DNA of 64,000 nt, from NCBI GenBank assembly GCA_016190825.1, contig JACPPV010000004.1, positions 141 to 64,140 of the forward strand, given 5' to 3'. The DNA comes from Chloroflexota bacterium. GTDB taxonomy: Bacteria; Chloroflexota; Dehalococcoidia; Dehalococcoidales; UBA2162. The translations under genes were made by a program, and so were the position numbers. Shown here in pieces: positions 30,082-39,764 of the stretch. The notes under the pieces are model-generated. The model made no database searches. It had not been told where the DNA came from and saw only the letters and a program-made list of their open reading frames with translations. Position 1 is the stretch's first letter. Every line of letters starts with the position of its first letter.

Positions 30082-30894
30082 ATGCTTGCCATCGCTAATA
30101 ATTTATCCACTGCCAACCCTGAAATAAACCGGATTTTCCGCGAAGCCAAAGCTGTCGGGTGGAATCTGGACCAGCCGCCGGCTGAAATGCTAAGGCAGAT
30201 CGCCAGGCAGTGTGATGAAGCGTGCGCTCATGTGATTGAGGTTAATCTTCAGCACCACCACGATCATCCGGAGGCGATGGAATTCGCCGTGAGGGCGGTT
30301 GAACAGGCTACTGAGCTCAGGTTATGCCTGAGTACCAATAACATCGAAACGCTGGAGGTCGGATTGCGTACCTGCAAGCGCTTGCCGCTGGTTAACTATG
30401 TCTCGGTTGATGAGGTCAGGCTTGGAAAAATGCTTCCCCTGATTGCCCGGAGCGGCGCCGGAGTAGTATTGCTCGTCAGTGATCCGGCGGGCCCAGCCGA
30501 TGCCCGGGAGATGCTGAACCGGGCGGCAATCCTGATCGGCGCCGCCAACGAAAATGGCATCCCCAATAGCGAAATCCTGCTTGACCCGGGTTTGATTCAT
30601 ATTCGTAGCGATATCGGCCAGCGCCATCTGGCTGAGATCATCGAGTTCCTCCGCGCCCTGCCGGAGGCCACGGACCCGCCCGTGGGGAGCACTTGCTGGC
30701 TCTCAAACGGCTCCGCCGGAGCGCCGCGACGGCTGCGCACCATAATTGACAGCGCTCTCCTACCGATGCTCGCCGGGGCGGGGCTTTCTTCGGTGTTTCT
30801 GGATGTATTGCGGCGGGAAAACCGGAGGGCCATGCGGCTGATAAACGTTTTCACCAATCAGGTAGTTTACGCCGATGGCGAAATAGGTGTATAA
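30082..30894 (+). CDS. Pterin-binding (DHPS-like TIM barrel) protein resembling methyl-H4folate:corrinoid methyltransferase (AcsE/MtrH type)
   Basis: 270 aa. Motifs LCLSTNNIETLEVGL, LLDPGL and WLSNGS are collinear with my recollection of AcsE-type proteins. No alignment was run. Confidence 0.6.
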   Translation: MLAIANNLSTANPEINRIFREAKAVGWNLDQPPAEMLRQIARQCDEACAHVIEVNLQHHHDHPEAMEFAVRAVEQATELRLCLSTNNIETLEVGLRTCKRLPLVNYVSVDEVRLGKMLPLIARSGAGVVLLVSDPAGPADAREMLNRAAILIGAANENGIPNSEILLDPGLIHIRSDIGQRHLAEIIEFLRALPEATDPPVGSTCWLSNGSAGAPRRLRTIIDSALLPMLAGAGLSSVFLDVLRRENRRAMRLINVFTNQVVYADGEIGV

Positions 30895-30954
30895 TCCTGT
30901 CTGCTGGGCTTTCGGTGGAATGCCATTTTCTGGCGAACTTCCGGATTCACCGAT

Positions 30955-31005
30955 ATTCTTGCGAAGCTTGTCCCGTACCGCGATACGGAAGCGGGAATCT
31001 ACTCT
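30955..31005 (+). repeat. Type A two-tier hairpin repeat (5' head degenerate)
   Basis: attcttgcgaagcttgtcccgtaccgcgatacggaagcgggaatctactc. Confidence 0.7.
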
Positions 31006-31104
31006 TGGCCTGTTTGGATCCCTGACAATCGCGAGATGACGATTTCATGGATGGTTGTAGCAACCGATAGTAAAGAGAAACAGGTTTTACAATAACGAAT
31101 TACG

Positions 31105-32088
31105 ATGAAAAAGAGGGTATTTTCCGGTATTCAACCGACAGGCAACATCCACATCGGAAATTACCTTGGAGCTATCAGGCAATGGGTGCCGCTGCAGGCA
31201 GCGCATGAAAGCCTCTTTTGTGTGGTTGACTTGCACGCCATCACCGTCCCACAGGATGCGGCCACGCTGAAAGCCAAAATAAGAGAGCTCGCGGGGCTTC
31301 TCATCGCCGCCGGCATTGAGCCGAAGGCGTCGATATTGTTTGTGCAGTCACACGTCAGCGCTCATTCGGAGCTTGCCTGGATACTGAATTGTTTTATCCC
31401 CTTTGGCTGGCTCGGACGCATGACTCAGTTCAAGGAAAAGTCCCAGAAGGAAAGGATGGTTGTGAGTGCCGGGCTTTTTACATATCCCGCATTGATGGCG
31501 GCGGATATTCTTCTTTACGAGACTGACCTCGTGCCCGTTGGCGAAGACCAGGTCCAGCACGTGGAGCTTACCCGCGACGTCGCCCAGCGTTTCAATTCAG
31601 TTTACGGGGAGACTTTTAAGCTGCCTGAAGCGTTTATTGCCGAGGCAGGGGAGCGCATCATGGGACTGGATGACCCGACGAAGAAAATGAGCAAGAGCGA
31701 GACCCAGCCCGGGCACGCCATCAACCTGCTCGATTCCCCCGATGACGTTCGGGGCAAGATTATGCGGGCAACCACCGATTCCCTGCGGGAAATCCGCTTT
31801 GATGAGAAGCGTCCGGGTATCAATAACTTGCTTGTCATCTACGAAGTTTTCTCCGGGCTGGGCCGGCCGGAAATCGAGGCGAAGTTTGAGGGGAAAGGAT
31901 ATGCCTATCTTAAAAAGGAACTGGCTGAGGTAGTCGTTGAAAGCCTGCGCCCGCTGCAAGACCGCTATCATAAGATAACTGCTGACCCGGCTTACCTGGA
32001 CTCGCTGCTGAGAGACGGGGCGGCAAGAGCCAGACCGCTTGCCGAAAGAATGCTGAACAAGGTCAAGGAAAAGATCGGTCTGGGATAG
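31105..32088 (+). CDS. trpS: Tryptophan--tRNA ligase
   Basis: 327 aa. GIQPTGNIHIGNYLG (HIGH) and KMSKS motifs. Confidence 0.95.
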   Translation: MKKRVFSGIQPTGNIHIGNYLGAIRQWVPLQAAHESLFCVVDLHAITVPQDAATLKAKIRELAGLLIAAGIEPKASILFVQSHVSAHSELAWILNCFIPFGWLGRMTQFKEKSQKERMVVSAGLFTYPALMAADILLYETDLVPVGEDQVQHVELTRDVAQRFNSVYGETFKLPEAFIAEAGERIMGLDDPTKKMSKSETQPGHAINLLDSPDDVRGKIMRATTDSLREIRFDEKRPGINNLLVIYEVFSGLGRPEIEAKFEGKGYAYLKKELAEVVVESLRPLQDRYHKITADPAYLDSLLRDGAARARPLAERMLNKVKEKIGLG

Positions 32089-32177
32089 ACGGCAGCGCTC
32101 GTTTTGCGAAAGCGCGGAGACAGCCTGTTTGAGAAGTTGCCTGTCGTTGCGAGCGTGACGGATCCGTCGAAGCAAGA

Positions 32178-32270
32178 TTGTCATTCCCGCGAAGCTTGTC
32201 CCGTACCGTGATACGGGAGCGGGAATGAAAGCGGGGTGGAGTAGATTCTCCGCCTGCGCGGAGAATGACA
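32178..32270 (+). repeat. Type A repeat followed by type B repeat
   Basis: ttgtcattcccgcgaagcttgtcccgtaccgtgatacgggagcgggaatg (32178..32226) and ggagtagattctccgcctgcgcggagaatgaca (32238..32270). Confidence 0.75.
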
Positions 32271-32299
32271 GATCAAGAGGTTTTCCGTAGGAGGTTGGA

Positions 32300-34741
32300 A
32301 TGAGCCTGGAACAATACGAAATACCGGCTGACAAGCTTCGCTGGGAATGTGACCCACGGCTTTTCGATTTCGAATGCACCAAAGACCTGTCGCCCCTTCG
32401 GGATTTTATCGGGCAGGAGCGGGCAACGCGGGCGGTAAGCTTCGGACTTAGTATGGAGAATTCCGGCTACAACATATACGTCGCCGGACTGCCCGGCACC
32501 GGCAAAACGTCAATGGTGAAAGCCTATATCAACCGTTTGATCAAGGAACAGGAAGCCCGGGGAGAGGTCTTTAAGCTGGAGGATTGGTGCTACCTGTACA
32601 ACTTCGATGAGCCGGACAACCCGCAGATATGCAGTCTTCCGCAGGGACGCGGAAAGGCTTTGCGTGATGCAGTCGCCAGCCTGCTTAACCGGGTCCGGGA
32701 GGAATTGCAGAGAGCGTTCTCCAGCGAGGAGTATAAGTCCCAGAGGCAGCGGATAATCGAGCGGGGACAGGCGGAGCAGCAAAAATCTTTCGAGGAAATA
32801 TCGAGCCAAGCGCGGCGGGAGGGCTTTGCCCTTCAAATGACGCCGGTGGGCCCGGCACTGGTCCCGGTGGTTGATGGCCGCCCCATGCAAGAAAACGAGT
32901 ATCTTGCGCTGGAAGAGCAACAGAGAAAAGAGATTGACGCCATACAGACCCGGTTGCGTAAAGTATTGCAGGCAAGCTTCGAAAAGGCTGAGAAAACCCA
33001 GCGGGAGACCCTTGGGAAACTGGAGAATGCAGACAATGAAATCGGCGAATATACCGTCTCCCGCGAATTCGGCACACTGGTCAAGGATTACTCCGATTGC
33101 CCAGGCATAGCCCGGTACTTAGATGACCTCAAGGACTACATACTGGATAACCTCGAAGTATTCAAAGGCGCCGAAGAGCCGGTACATCCCCTTCTCGGCG
33201 TACCTGTCAGCCAGGTGATGGGGGGGCGGAATCCGTTCCTTCCGTTCCAGGTGAACGTCTTTGTTGACAACAGCGAGATGAAAGGTCCGCCCGTCGTCAT
33301 TGAAGGCAATCCGAATTTTGGCAACATGTTCGGCAAACTGGAACGCCGGTTCCTATTTGGCGGCTACCTCAGCGACCACACGATGTTGAAGCCCGGCGCC
33401 ATCAGTAAGGCCAACGGCGGTTACCTCCTGGTCAACGCCACTGATGTTCTCATGAACCCCGGCGTCTGGCCGGCGTTGAAACGGGCGATAAGAAACAAAG
33501 AGGTGCGGATTGAAGACCCCTATGAGCAATTCGGTCTGATTGCCCCGCAGGGCATGAAGCCACAGCCGATGCCGGTGAAGGTCAAGATAATACTTACCGG
33601 TGATGCCATGCTTTACCAGATGCTGGCGATGTATGACGAAGATTTCCCGGAGATATTCAAGGTGAAGGCTGACCTCAACTTCGAAATTGAAAACAACGGG
33701 GAGACCCTCCACGACTACGCCGCCTTCATTTCAGGGTGCTGCGAAGAATGTGAAACAAGACATTTCGATCCTACTGGCGTCGCCAAGATCGCTGAATATT
33801 CAGCCAGGCTGGTGGATGACCGGGAGCGGCTGTCATCTCGTTTCGCTTTGATAAAGGAATGGATTGAGGAGGCGGAGTACTGGGCCAACAAGGAAAATGC
33901 TAAATACATCTCTGCCAGCCACGTGCAAAAGGCGATCGAGGAAAGATTGTTCCGCCATAACCTTATTGAAGAGCGCGTCCGTGACATGATTCTCCGCGGT
34001 AGCATTATGATCGATGTTGCCGGGGCGGTAGCCGGGCAAGTAAACGGCCTGAGCGTATACGCCCTGGGGGATATTGCTTTCGGGAAGCCATCCCGGATAA
34101 CTGCCAGGACTTTTTTGGGGCGTGGCGGTGTGATCAACATCGAGAGGGAGTCTGAGCTCAGCGGCCCCATTCATAATAAAGGAGTAATGATTTTGAGCGG
34201 CTACCTGGGCTGGAAGTATGCCCAGGACAAACCCCTGTCCCTCTCTGCCAGCATCTGTTTTGAACAGTCGTACGAAGGTGTGGAAGGCGATAGCGCATCG
34301 TCCACCGAGCTCTATGCTATTCTTTCAAGTATCTCCGGCATCCCGATAAAGCAGGGCATCGCCGTGACGGGCTCGGTCAACCAGAGAGGAGAGGTCCAGC
34401 CTATCGGCGGAGTTAATGAGAAAATAGAGGGGTTCTTCAAGGTCTGCCAGGTCAAGGGGTTCACCGGCGAACAGGGTGTCCTGATACCGCGGTTAAATCT
34501 CAGGAACCTGATGCTGCGGGAAGAGGTGGTTGACGCTGTGCGCCAGGGAAAGTTTCATATCTATGCCGCCGGGACGATTGATGAGGGGATTGAGATCCTT
34601 ACCGGCATAGCTGCCGGCGTGAGACAGCCGGACGGCACATATCCGGAAGGCACCATAAACTATCTGGTTGACAAAGAGCTAAGAGAGATGGCCAGCCGGC
34701 TGAGGGTCTTTTACGCCGAGGAAAGAAGGGAGCCCCGCTAG
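32300..34741 (+). CDS. Lon-like ATP-dependent protease (COG1067/LonC-like) with long helical insertion
   Basis: 813 aa. Walker A GLPGTGKTS. Charged helical insert of about 130 aa. C-terminal Lon protease domain (GDSASSTELYAIL...GGVNEKIEGF Ser-Lys dyad context). Confidence 0.8.
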   Translation: MSLEQYEIPADKLRWECDPRLFDFECTKDLSPLRDFIGQERATRAVSFGLSMENSGYNIYVAGLPGTGKTSMVKAYINRLIKEQEARGEVFKLEDWCYLYNFDEPDNPQICSLPQGRGKALRDAVASLLNRVREELQRAFSSEEYKSQRQRIIERGQAEQQKSFEEISSQARREGFALQMTPVGPALVPVVDGRPMQENEYLALEEQQRKEIDAIQTRLRKVLQASFEKAEKTQRETLGKLENADNEIGEYTVSREFGTLVKDYSDCPGIARYLDDLKDYILDNLEVFKGAEEPVHPLLGVPVSQVMGGRNPFLPFQVNVFVDNSEMKGPPVVIEGNPNFGNMFGKLERRFLFGGYLSDHTMLKPGAISKANGGYLLVNATDVLMNPGVWPALKRAIRNKEVRIEDPYEQFGLIAPQGMKPQPMPVKVKIILTGDAMLYQMLAMYDEDFPEIFKVKADLNFEIENNGETLHDYAAFISGCCEECETRHFDPTGVAKIAEYSARLVDDRERLSSRFALIKEWIEEAEYWANKENAKYISASHVQKAIEERLFRHNLIEERVRDMILRGSIMIDVAGAVAGQVNGLSVYALGDIAFGKPSRITARTFLGRGGVINIERESELSGPIHNKGVMILSGYLGWKYAQDKPLSLSASICFEQSYEGVEGDSASSTELYAILSSISGIPIKQGIAVTGSVNQRGEVQPIGGVNEKIEGFFKVCQVKGFTGEQGVLIPRLNLRNLMLREEVVDAVRQGKFHIYAAGTIDEGIEILTGIAAGVRQPDGTYPEGTINYLVDKELREMASRLRVFYAEERREPR

Positions 34742-34817
34742 GACGCTGACCCCTGCGGATTTTGCTGGAGGCACGTTTCTGAGCCCAGTGGGTAGGAGCG
34801 ATCTTTATCTAGTTCGA

Positions 34818-34871
34818 TGTCATTCCCGCGAAACCTGTCCCGTACTTGATACGGAAGCGGGAATCTACTCC
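34818..34871 (+). repeat. Type A two-tier hairpin repeat
   Basis: gatgtcattcccgcgaaacctgtcccgtacttgatacggaagcgggaatctactcc. Confidence 0.7.
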
Positions 34872-35066
34872 GCCCCATCTTATGCGCCTTCGTTACCCCA
34901 CGTACCCGCCACCCATCGGCACTCTCTGCACCACAACATCTCTAAAAATACCCTTCTAAATCCAGATTAGCCTCATAGTTGGTGTGCGACAAAAGTTACA
35001 GAAACGGGAGGGCTAAGTGTCCATATACTTTAATGAAGATAAGAATAGAAGAAAGGAGGTAAGACT

Positions 35067-35531
35067 ATGACCGCCATCATGATTCGGAGAACGCCAAGCC
35101 GGGCTTTGACGGTGACGGAGCCTGCGTATCGCAGGGTGTGGAACATTCTCGATGAGGTCGAGCATCTCACGAAGCATACGTGGGAGTCCTGGACACCGAG
35201 CGGATTATGTCCGCGATTTGACCTTTTCGAGATAAAGGACGATCTGGTGCTGAAGGCAGACCTCCCGGGGCTAAGAAAGGAAGATATTGACATCAGTCTG
35301 GAGAATGACTGCGTGACGATCAAGGGTGAAAGGAAGATAGAGGAGTTCCCGGCGGATACCAAGTACTACTCATGCGAGCGCTCCTTTGGCAGCTTTACCC
35401 GCGAAGTTTGTCTTCCGGTTCCGGTGGATGCCGATAAGATTTCAGCCACTTTTGATAATGGCGTGCTGGAGATAAAGCTTCCGAAAGCTGAAGAAGCCAG
35501 GGCAAAGCGTATTGAAATCCAGGTAAAGTAA
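35067..35531 (+). CDS. Hsp20/alpha-crystallin small heat-shock protein
   Basis: 154 aa. ACD (PRFDLFEIKDDLVLKADLPG...GVLEIKLPK). SD AAAGGAGG. Confidence 0.9.
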   Translation: MTAIMIRRTPSRALTVTEPAYRRVWNILDEVEHLTKHTWESWTPSGLCPRFDLFEIKDDLVLKADLPGLRKEDIDISLENDCVTIKGERKIEEFPADTKYYSCERSFGSFTREVCLPVPVDADKISATFDNGVLEIKLPKAEEARAKRIEIQVK

Positions 35532-35542
35532 TTTACCCGGAG

Positions 35543-35583
35543 GGGAGAGGAGCGGCGAAAACTCCTCTCCTTTTTTGTTTTTT
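35543..35583. terminator. Bidirectional Rho-independent terminator between convergent hsp20 and udg
   Basis: GGAGAGGAG (35544..35552) pairs with CTCCTCTCC (35562..35570), followed by TTTTTTGTTTTTT. Confidence 0.75.
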
Positions 35584-36028
35584 AACCATCAGGCTTGGTC
35601 AAAAACCCCTTCAACCGGCGGAACGCTTCTTCAAACGCGCTCCTTAACCTGGGGAACCTCATTGCCGCCGCCGGGTGAGAGGTTTCTACGTAGGTAATGC
35701 TCACGAGGCGTGGTATCTCCCATGCTACCCTCCCCATGAGGACGACTACCCCGGGCTTGACCCGGCTAATTTCATCCATCAGATAAGGTAGCCAGTACTC
35801 GACCTCCTGTCTCGTAGGGGGGCGGTTTCCGGGGGTCGTCTCTTTGACGACGCTGGTTATATACAATTCCTTCCGGTCGATGCCATTCTCGGCGAGCACC
35901 CGGTCGAGGTACTTCCCAGAGCGGCCAACAAAAGGGCGTCCCAGCCTGGCCTCTTCCTCCCCCGGATTTTGCCCGATGAGCATAATCCTCGCACTGGCCG
36001 GCCCCTCACCGGGAACTACGGTTCCCAT
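35582..36028 (-). CDS. Uracil-DNA glycosylase, family 4
   Basis: 148 aa. GEGPASARIMLIGQNPGEEE...GRPFVGRSGKYL motifs. Confidence 0.85.
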   Translation of the reverse strand: MGTVVPGEGPASARIMLIGQNPGEEEARLGRPFVGRSGKYLDRVLAENGIDRKELYITSVVKETTPGNRPPTRQEVEYWLPYLMDEISRVKPGVVVLMGRVAWEIPRLVSITYVETSHPAAAMRFPRLRSAFEEAFRRLKGFLTKPDG

Positions 36029-37413
36029 CAGCCCTGGTCTGCCTCCTCGAGATTACTCAGCGTTCTCAGGATAAGTTCGGGCAGCGCCGGGTGAATGTGT
36101 ATCCCTCTCTGTATCTGGCCGATCCCGCCGTCAGATGCCATCGCATTTATCACTTCCTGGATGACGATGGGAGCATACGGGCCGATGACGTGAAAACCCA
36201 GGATTTTCCCTGAGTCCGCGTCTACGATCGCCTTGGCGAAGCCGTTTGTTTCCATCATGGCGTCACCCTGGGCAACATCGGAATACATTGCCTTGCCCAC
36301 CAGTATGCGGTAATCCATTCTTGCCGCTCCCTCAGTTAGGCCTACGGAGGCGATCTGGGGGTGGGAGTAGGTGGCATGGGGCGCGGCGGTGTAGTCCATC
36401 TTCAGGGGGACCTCGTGGAAGGCGTTGTGCGCCGCAACCATGGCTTCCCGGTTGGCAACGTGGGTAAACATCTGCTGCCCGTTAGCGTCCCCGATGGCAT
36501 ATATGTTCTTCTTCGCGGTCTCAAGGTGGTCGTTGATTTTAATAAAGCCCCTCTTGTCCGTTTCAACGCCGGTTTTTCCCACCTTTAACAGGTCGGCATT
36601 GGACCTCCTGCCGGTGGCGATGAGGACACTCTCCGCTGTGAACTCTCTCCTCTCATTTTTTCGGGAGTCCATCGCCGTAACAGAGACACCGTTTGCGGAG
36701 CGGGCGAACTCACGGACCTGCATGCCCGTGTGAACGGCCATGCGACGGCTCAACTCATTTTCCAGTACTGCGGATATCTCCGGTTCTTCCGGCAGGACAA
36801 GCCTATCCCCCATTTCAAGGATGGTCACTTCGGCGCCCATAGCGGCGAAGAAGTGCGCGAATTCCACGGCGATAAAGCCGCCTCCCACGATGATGAGGCT
36901 CCCCGGCCTTTTCTCAAGCTGCAAGACTGTCTCATTTGTCAGATAATCGATACTGTTAATTCCATTTATCGGGGGGACCAGCGGGCGTGATCCGGAGGCG
37001 ATGAAGATTTTCTCTCCTGAAATCTCTTTCCCGTTGACCTCCAGCGTATATTCTCCGGTGAAATGCCCCTCCCCCTCGTAGAAATCGAGGTTTTCGGTTT
37101 GGGAGATTCCCTCTCTCATATGCTTCTGGTTCTCCCGAACGAACTTTTTCATCCGCCCCATGATAAAGTCAAAGTCGATTCCCTTGACTTCAGCGTGGAT
37201 GCCCAGCTTTTTCGCCTCCTGGATTTCGGCCACCCTGTCCGCCGCGAAAATGAGCATCTTTGACGGGATGCATCCCAGATTGGGGCAGGTGCCTCCAATC
37301 GGCCCCTTGTCAACTAGCGCCACGTTCAGCCCGCGGCTGAGGGCCTGGTCAACTACATTCATGCCGCACCCCGAACCGATGACGAGGACATCATATTTCT
37401 TCATTCTTTTCAC
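36028..37413 (-). CDS. Dihydrolipoyl dehydrogenase-family FAD pyridine nucleotide-disulfide oxidoreductase
   Basis: 461 aa. VIGSGCG, redox-active GGTCPNLGCIPSK and C-terminal HIHPALPE dimerisation motif. Confidence 0.8.
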   Translation of the reverse strand: MKRMKKYDVLVIGSGCGMNVVDQALSRGLNVALVDKGPIGGTCPNLGCIPSKMLIFAADRVAEIQEAKKLGIHAEVKGIDFDFIMGRMKKFVRENQKHMREGISQTENLDFYEGEGHFTGEYTLEVNGKEISGEKIFIASGSRPLVPPINGINSIDYLTNETVLQLEKRPGSLIIVGGGFIAVEFAHFFAAMGAEVTILEMGDRLVLPEEPEISAVLENELSRRMAVHTGMQVREFARSANGVSVTAMDSRKNERREFTAESVLIATGRRSNADLLKVGKTGVETDKRGFIKINDHLETAKKNIYAIGDANGQQMFTHVANREAMVAAHNAFHEVPLKMDYTAAPHATYSHPQIASVGLTEGAARMDYRILVGKAMYSDVAQGDAMMETNGFAKAIVDADSGKILGFHVIGPYAPIVIQEVINAMASDGGIGQIQRGIHIHPALPELILRTLSNLEEADQG

Positions 37414-37566
37414 CTCACAGGAGCGTCATCATTGAAGTGTAGGCGAAGGAGGATGGAAAAATCATAACATGAAGTCGAGAAAAGTTAAGAATTTATAACA
37501 TTTGTGCTTGGATGAGCCTCCGCCATAAATGTCATAATTTTGTAACCTTTCCGCGCCTATTTTTTG

Positions 37567-37595
37567 TTACTTTTCAAACTGTATATGCCTATAAT
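37567..37595 (+). promoter_or_regulatory. sigma70-like promoter candidate for nrdJ
   Basis: TTACTT (37567..37572), 17-nt spacer, TATAAT (37590..37595), in an AT-rich intergenic region. Confidence 0.4.
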
Positions 37596-37640
37596 GTAAG
37601 AAATGCGTGCTCGTGGAAGCCTCTTATCAAGTAGGGTGTG

Positions 37641-39764
37641 ATGGTCCAAACGAAGCTTATCCGGATTCGCAAGCGGGACGGCTCAATTGTACCCTTCGAT
37701 GCCGGCAAGATAGAGCTGGCGATCTACAAGGCTCTTGCTGCCACTGGAATTGACAGGTGGGAGCTGGCTGCCAGTCTTGCCCGACGTGTGATTGAGTTGC
37801 TGGAAGCGAGGACCGGCGAGGCTCTTCCTACGGTTGAGGGCGTCCAGGATATCGTCGAAGAGGTGCTGATGACCGGCGGCTATCCCAACGTGGCCAAAGC
37901 CTATGTACTCTACCGCCAGCAGCGGGCTGAGGTACGGCGCCTGAAGCGGACCATCGGCGTACGGGACGACCTGAAGCTAAGTATCAACGCCATCAAGGTG
38001 CTGGAACGCCGTTATCTGCTCAAAGACGAAGAGGGCAACGTAATCGAAACGCCCATGCAGCTCTTCCGGCGGGTGGCGCGCGTGATCGCCGCCGCAGAAA
38101 CGAAATTCAATCCGTCGGCGGATACGAAAGTGCTCGAAGAGTCTTTTTTCGGAATTATGAGCAACCTCGAATTCATGCCCAACACGCCGACGCTCATGAA
38201 CGCCGGCGCGCCCCTGGGGCAGCTTTCCGCATGCTTCGTGCTGCCGGTGGAGGACTCGATTGTCAGCATCTTTGAAACGCTGAAAAACATGGCTATCATC
38301 CATCAGTCGGGCGGCGGCACGGGCTTTTCTTTTACCCACTTGCGTCCGAAGGGGGACATTGTGCGTTCAACCAAGGGGGTGGCCTCGGGTCCAGTGTCAT
38401 TCATGAAAATTTTTGATGCCGCCACCGGCGTGATGAAACAGGGGGGGAAGCGGCGGGGGGCGAACATGGGTATCCTGAACGCCGACCATCCCGATATCAT
38501 CGAGTTTATCGAAGCCAAGAGTGATGGCGTCACACTCTCCAACTTCAACATCTCGGTCGGTGCGACAGACGAGTTCATGGAGGCGGCGGCAAAGGGGAAA
38601 ATGTGGCGGCTTATTAATCCGAGGAACGGGAAGGAGACGCGCTCCGTTCGCGCCCGGGACCTCTTCGACATGATGGTCTCAAACGCGTGGCGCACTGGCG
38701 ACCCTGGCCTGATTTTTTTTGATGAGATCAACCGCTACAATCCCACCCCGCAACTGGGGCGCATGGAAGCGACCAATCCCTGCGGGGAACTGCCCCTCCT
38801 CCCCTACGAAAGCTGCAACCTCGGCTCGATAAGCCTGGGGCGGATGATAGTCGATAAAGAAGTGGACTGGCAGAAGCTGGCGAAGACGGTCGAGCTAGGT
38901 GTGCATTTTCTCGATAACGTTATTGAAGCCAACCTTTTCCCACTCCCGACCATCGAAGAGATAACAAAGAACGGAAACCGGAAGATCGGCCTGGGGGTTA
39001 TGGGCTTTGCCGATGCCCTAGTTAAACTGGATATTCCGTATAACTCCGAGGCGGCGCTGGACATAGCGGAAAGAATAATCAAGTTTATCGCCGACCACGC
39101 CCGCGCAGCTTCAGCAAAGTTAGCTTCAGAGCGGGGCGCCTTCCCCAACTTCACCGGCAGCATTCACGACCGACCGGGCGGTCCAAAACTGCGTAATGCT
39201 ACCGTCCTGTCCATCGCCCCTACCGGCACCATCAGCATCATTGCCGGCTGCTCCAGCGGCATCGAGCCTCTCTTTGCCCTGGCTTTCATTCGCAACGTCA
39301 TGGAAGGCACCAGGCTGCTGGAGGTCAACCCGGTATTTGAGCAGGCGGCGCGGGAGCGGGGTTTCTACTCTGGAGACCTGATGGAGAATATCGCCCAGAA
39401 AGGAACGCTGGGAGAGATCCAAGGAATCCCGCAGGACATCCGCCGGACGTTTGTAACCGATTGGGACATCGCGCCGGAATGGCACGTCAGAATGCAGGCC
39501 GTGTTCCAGAAGTATACGGACAACTCAGTTTCCAAAACGGTGAACCTGCCGGCTGAGGCTACCCCGGAGGATATCCGCAAGATATATACGCTCGCCTATG
39601 AGCTCAAGTGCAAGGGTATTACGGCGTACCGCTACGGATCAAAGAAACAGCAGGTGCTGACGCTCGCCGGCCACATCCCTGAAACCGCCGCCGAGCCGGT
39701 GCCCTATACCACCGTGGATTCGGAGTTTTCCGGCGGCTGCCCGACGGGGACATGCCCGTTTTAG
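37641..39764 (+). CDS. nrdJ: Class II (adenosylcobalamin-dependent) ribonucleotide reductase with N-terminal ATP-cone
   Basis: ATP-cone start (IRIRKRDGSIVPFDAGKI). Active-site context NPCGELPLLPYESCNLGSI. About 707 aa. Confidence 0.9.
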   Translation: MVQTKLIRIRKRDGSIVPFDAGKIELAIYKALAATGIDRWELAASLARRVIELLEARTGEALPTVEGVQDIVEEVLMTGGYPNVAKAYVLYRQQRAEVRRLKRTIGVRDDLKLSINAIKVLERRYLLKDEEGNVIETPMQLFRRVARVIAAAETKFNPSADTKVLEESFFGIMSNLEFMPNTPTLMNAGAPLGQLSACFVLPVEDSIVSIFETLKNMAIIHQSGGGTGFSFTHLRPKGDIVRSTKGVASGPVSFMKIFDAATGVMKQGGKRRGANMGILNADHPDIIEFIEAKSDGVTLSNFNISVGATDEFMEAAAKGKMWRLINPRNGKETRSVRARDLFDMMVSNAWRTGDPGLIFFDEINRYNPTPQLGRMEATNPCGELPLLPYESCNLGSISLGRMIVDKEVDWQKLAKTVELGVHFLDNVIEANLFPLPTIEEITKNGNRKIGLGVMGFADALVKLDIPYNSEAALDIAERIIKFIADHARAASAKLASERGAFPNFTGSIHDRPGGPKLRNATVLSIAPTGTISIIAGCSSGIEPLFALAFIRNVMEGTRLLEVNPVFEQAARERGFYSGDLMENIAQKGTLGEIQGIPQDIRRTFVTDWDIAPEWHVRMQAVFQKYTDNSVSKTVNLPAEATPEDIRKIYTLAYELKCKGITAYRYGSKKQQVLTLAGHIPETAAEPVPYTTVDSEFSGGCPTGTCPF

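Noticed and set aside
30895-31104. Possible T-box leader upstream of trpS.
   Set aside because: There is no T-box consensus (AANNNGGGTGGTACCGCG-like) and no specifier or antiterminator architecture. The gap is occupied by a type A repeat.
37414-37640. Cobalamin riboswitch or NrdR boxes upstream of nrdJ.
   Set aside because: There is no B12-box (GCCACTG-like) and no pair of 16-bp ACAC..ATAT..GTGT palindromes. Only an AT-rich promoter-like region was seen.
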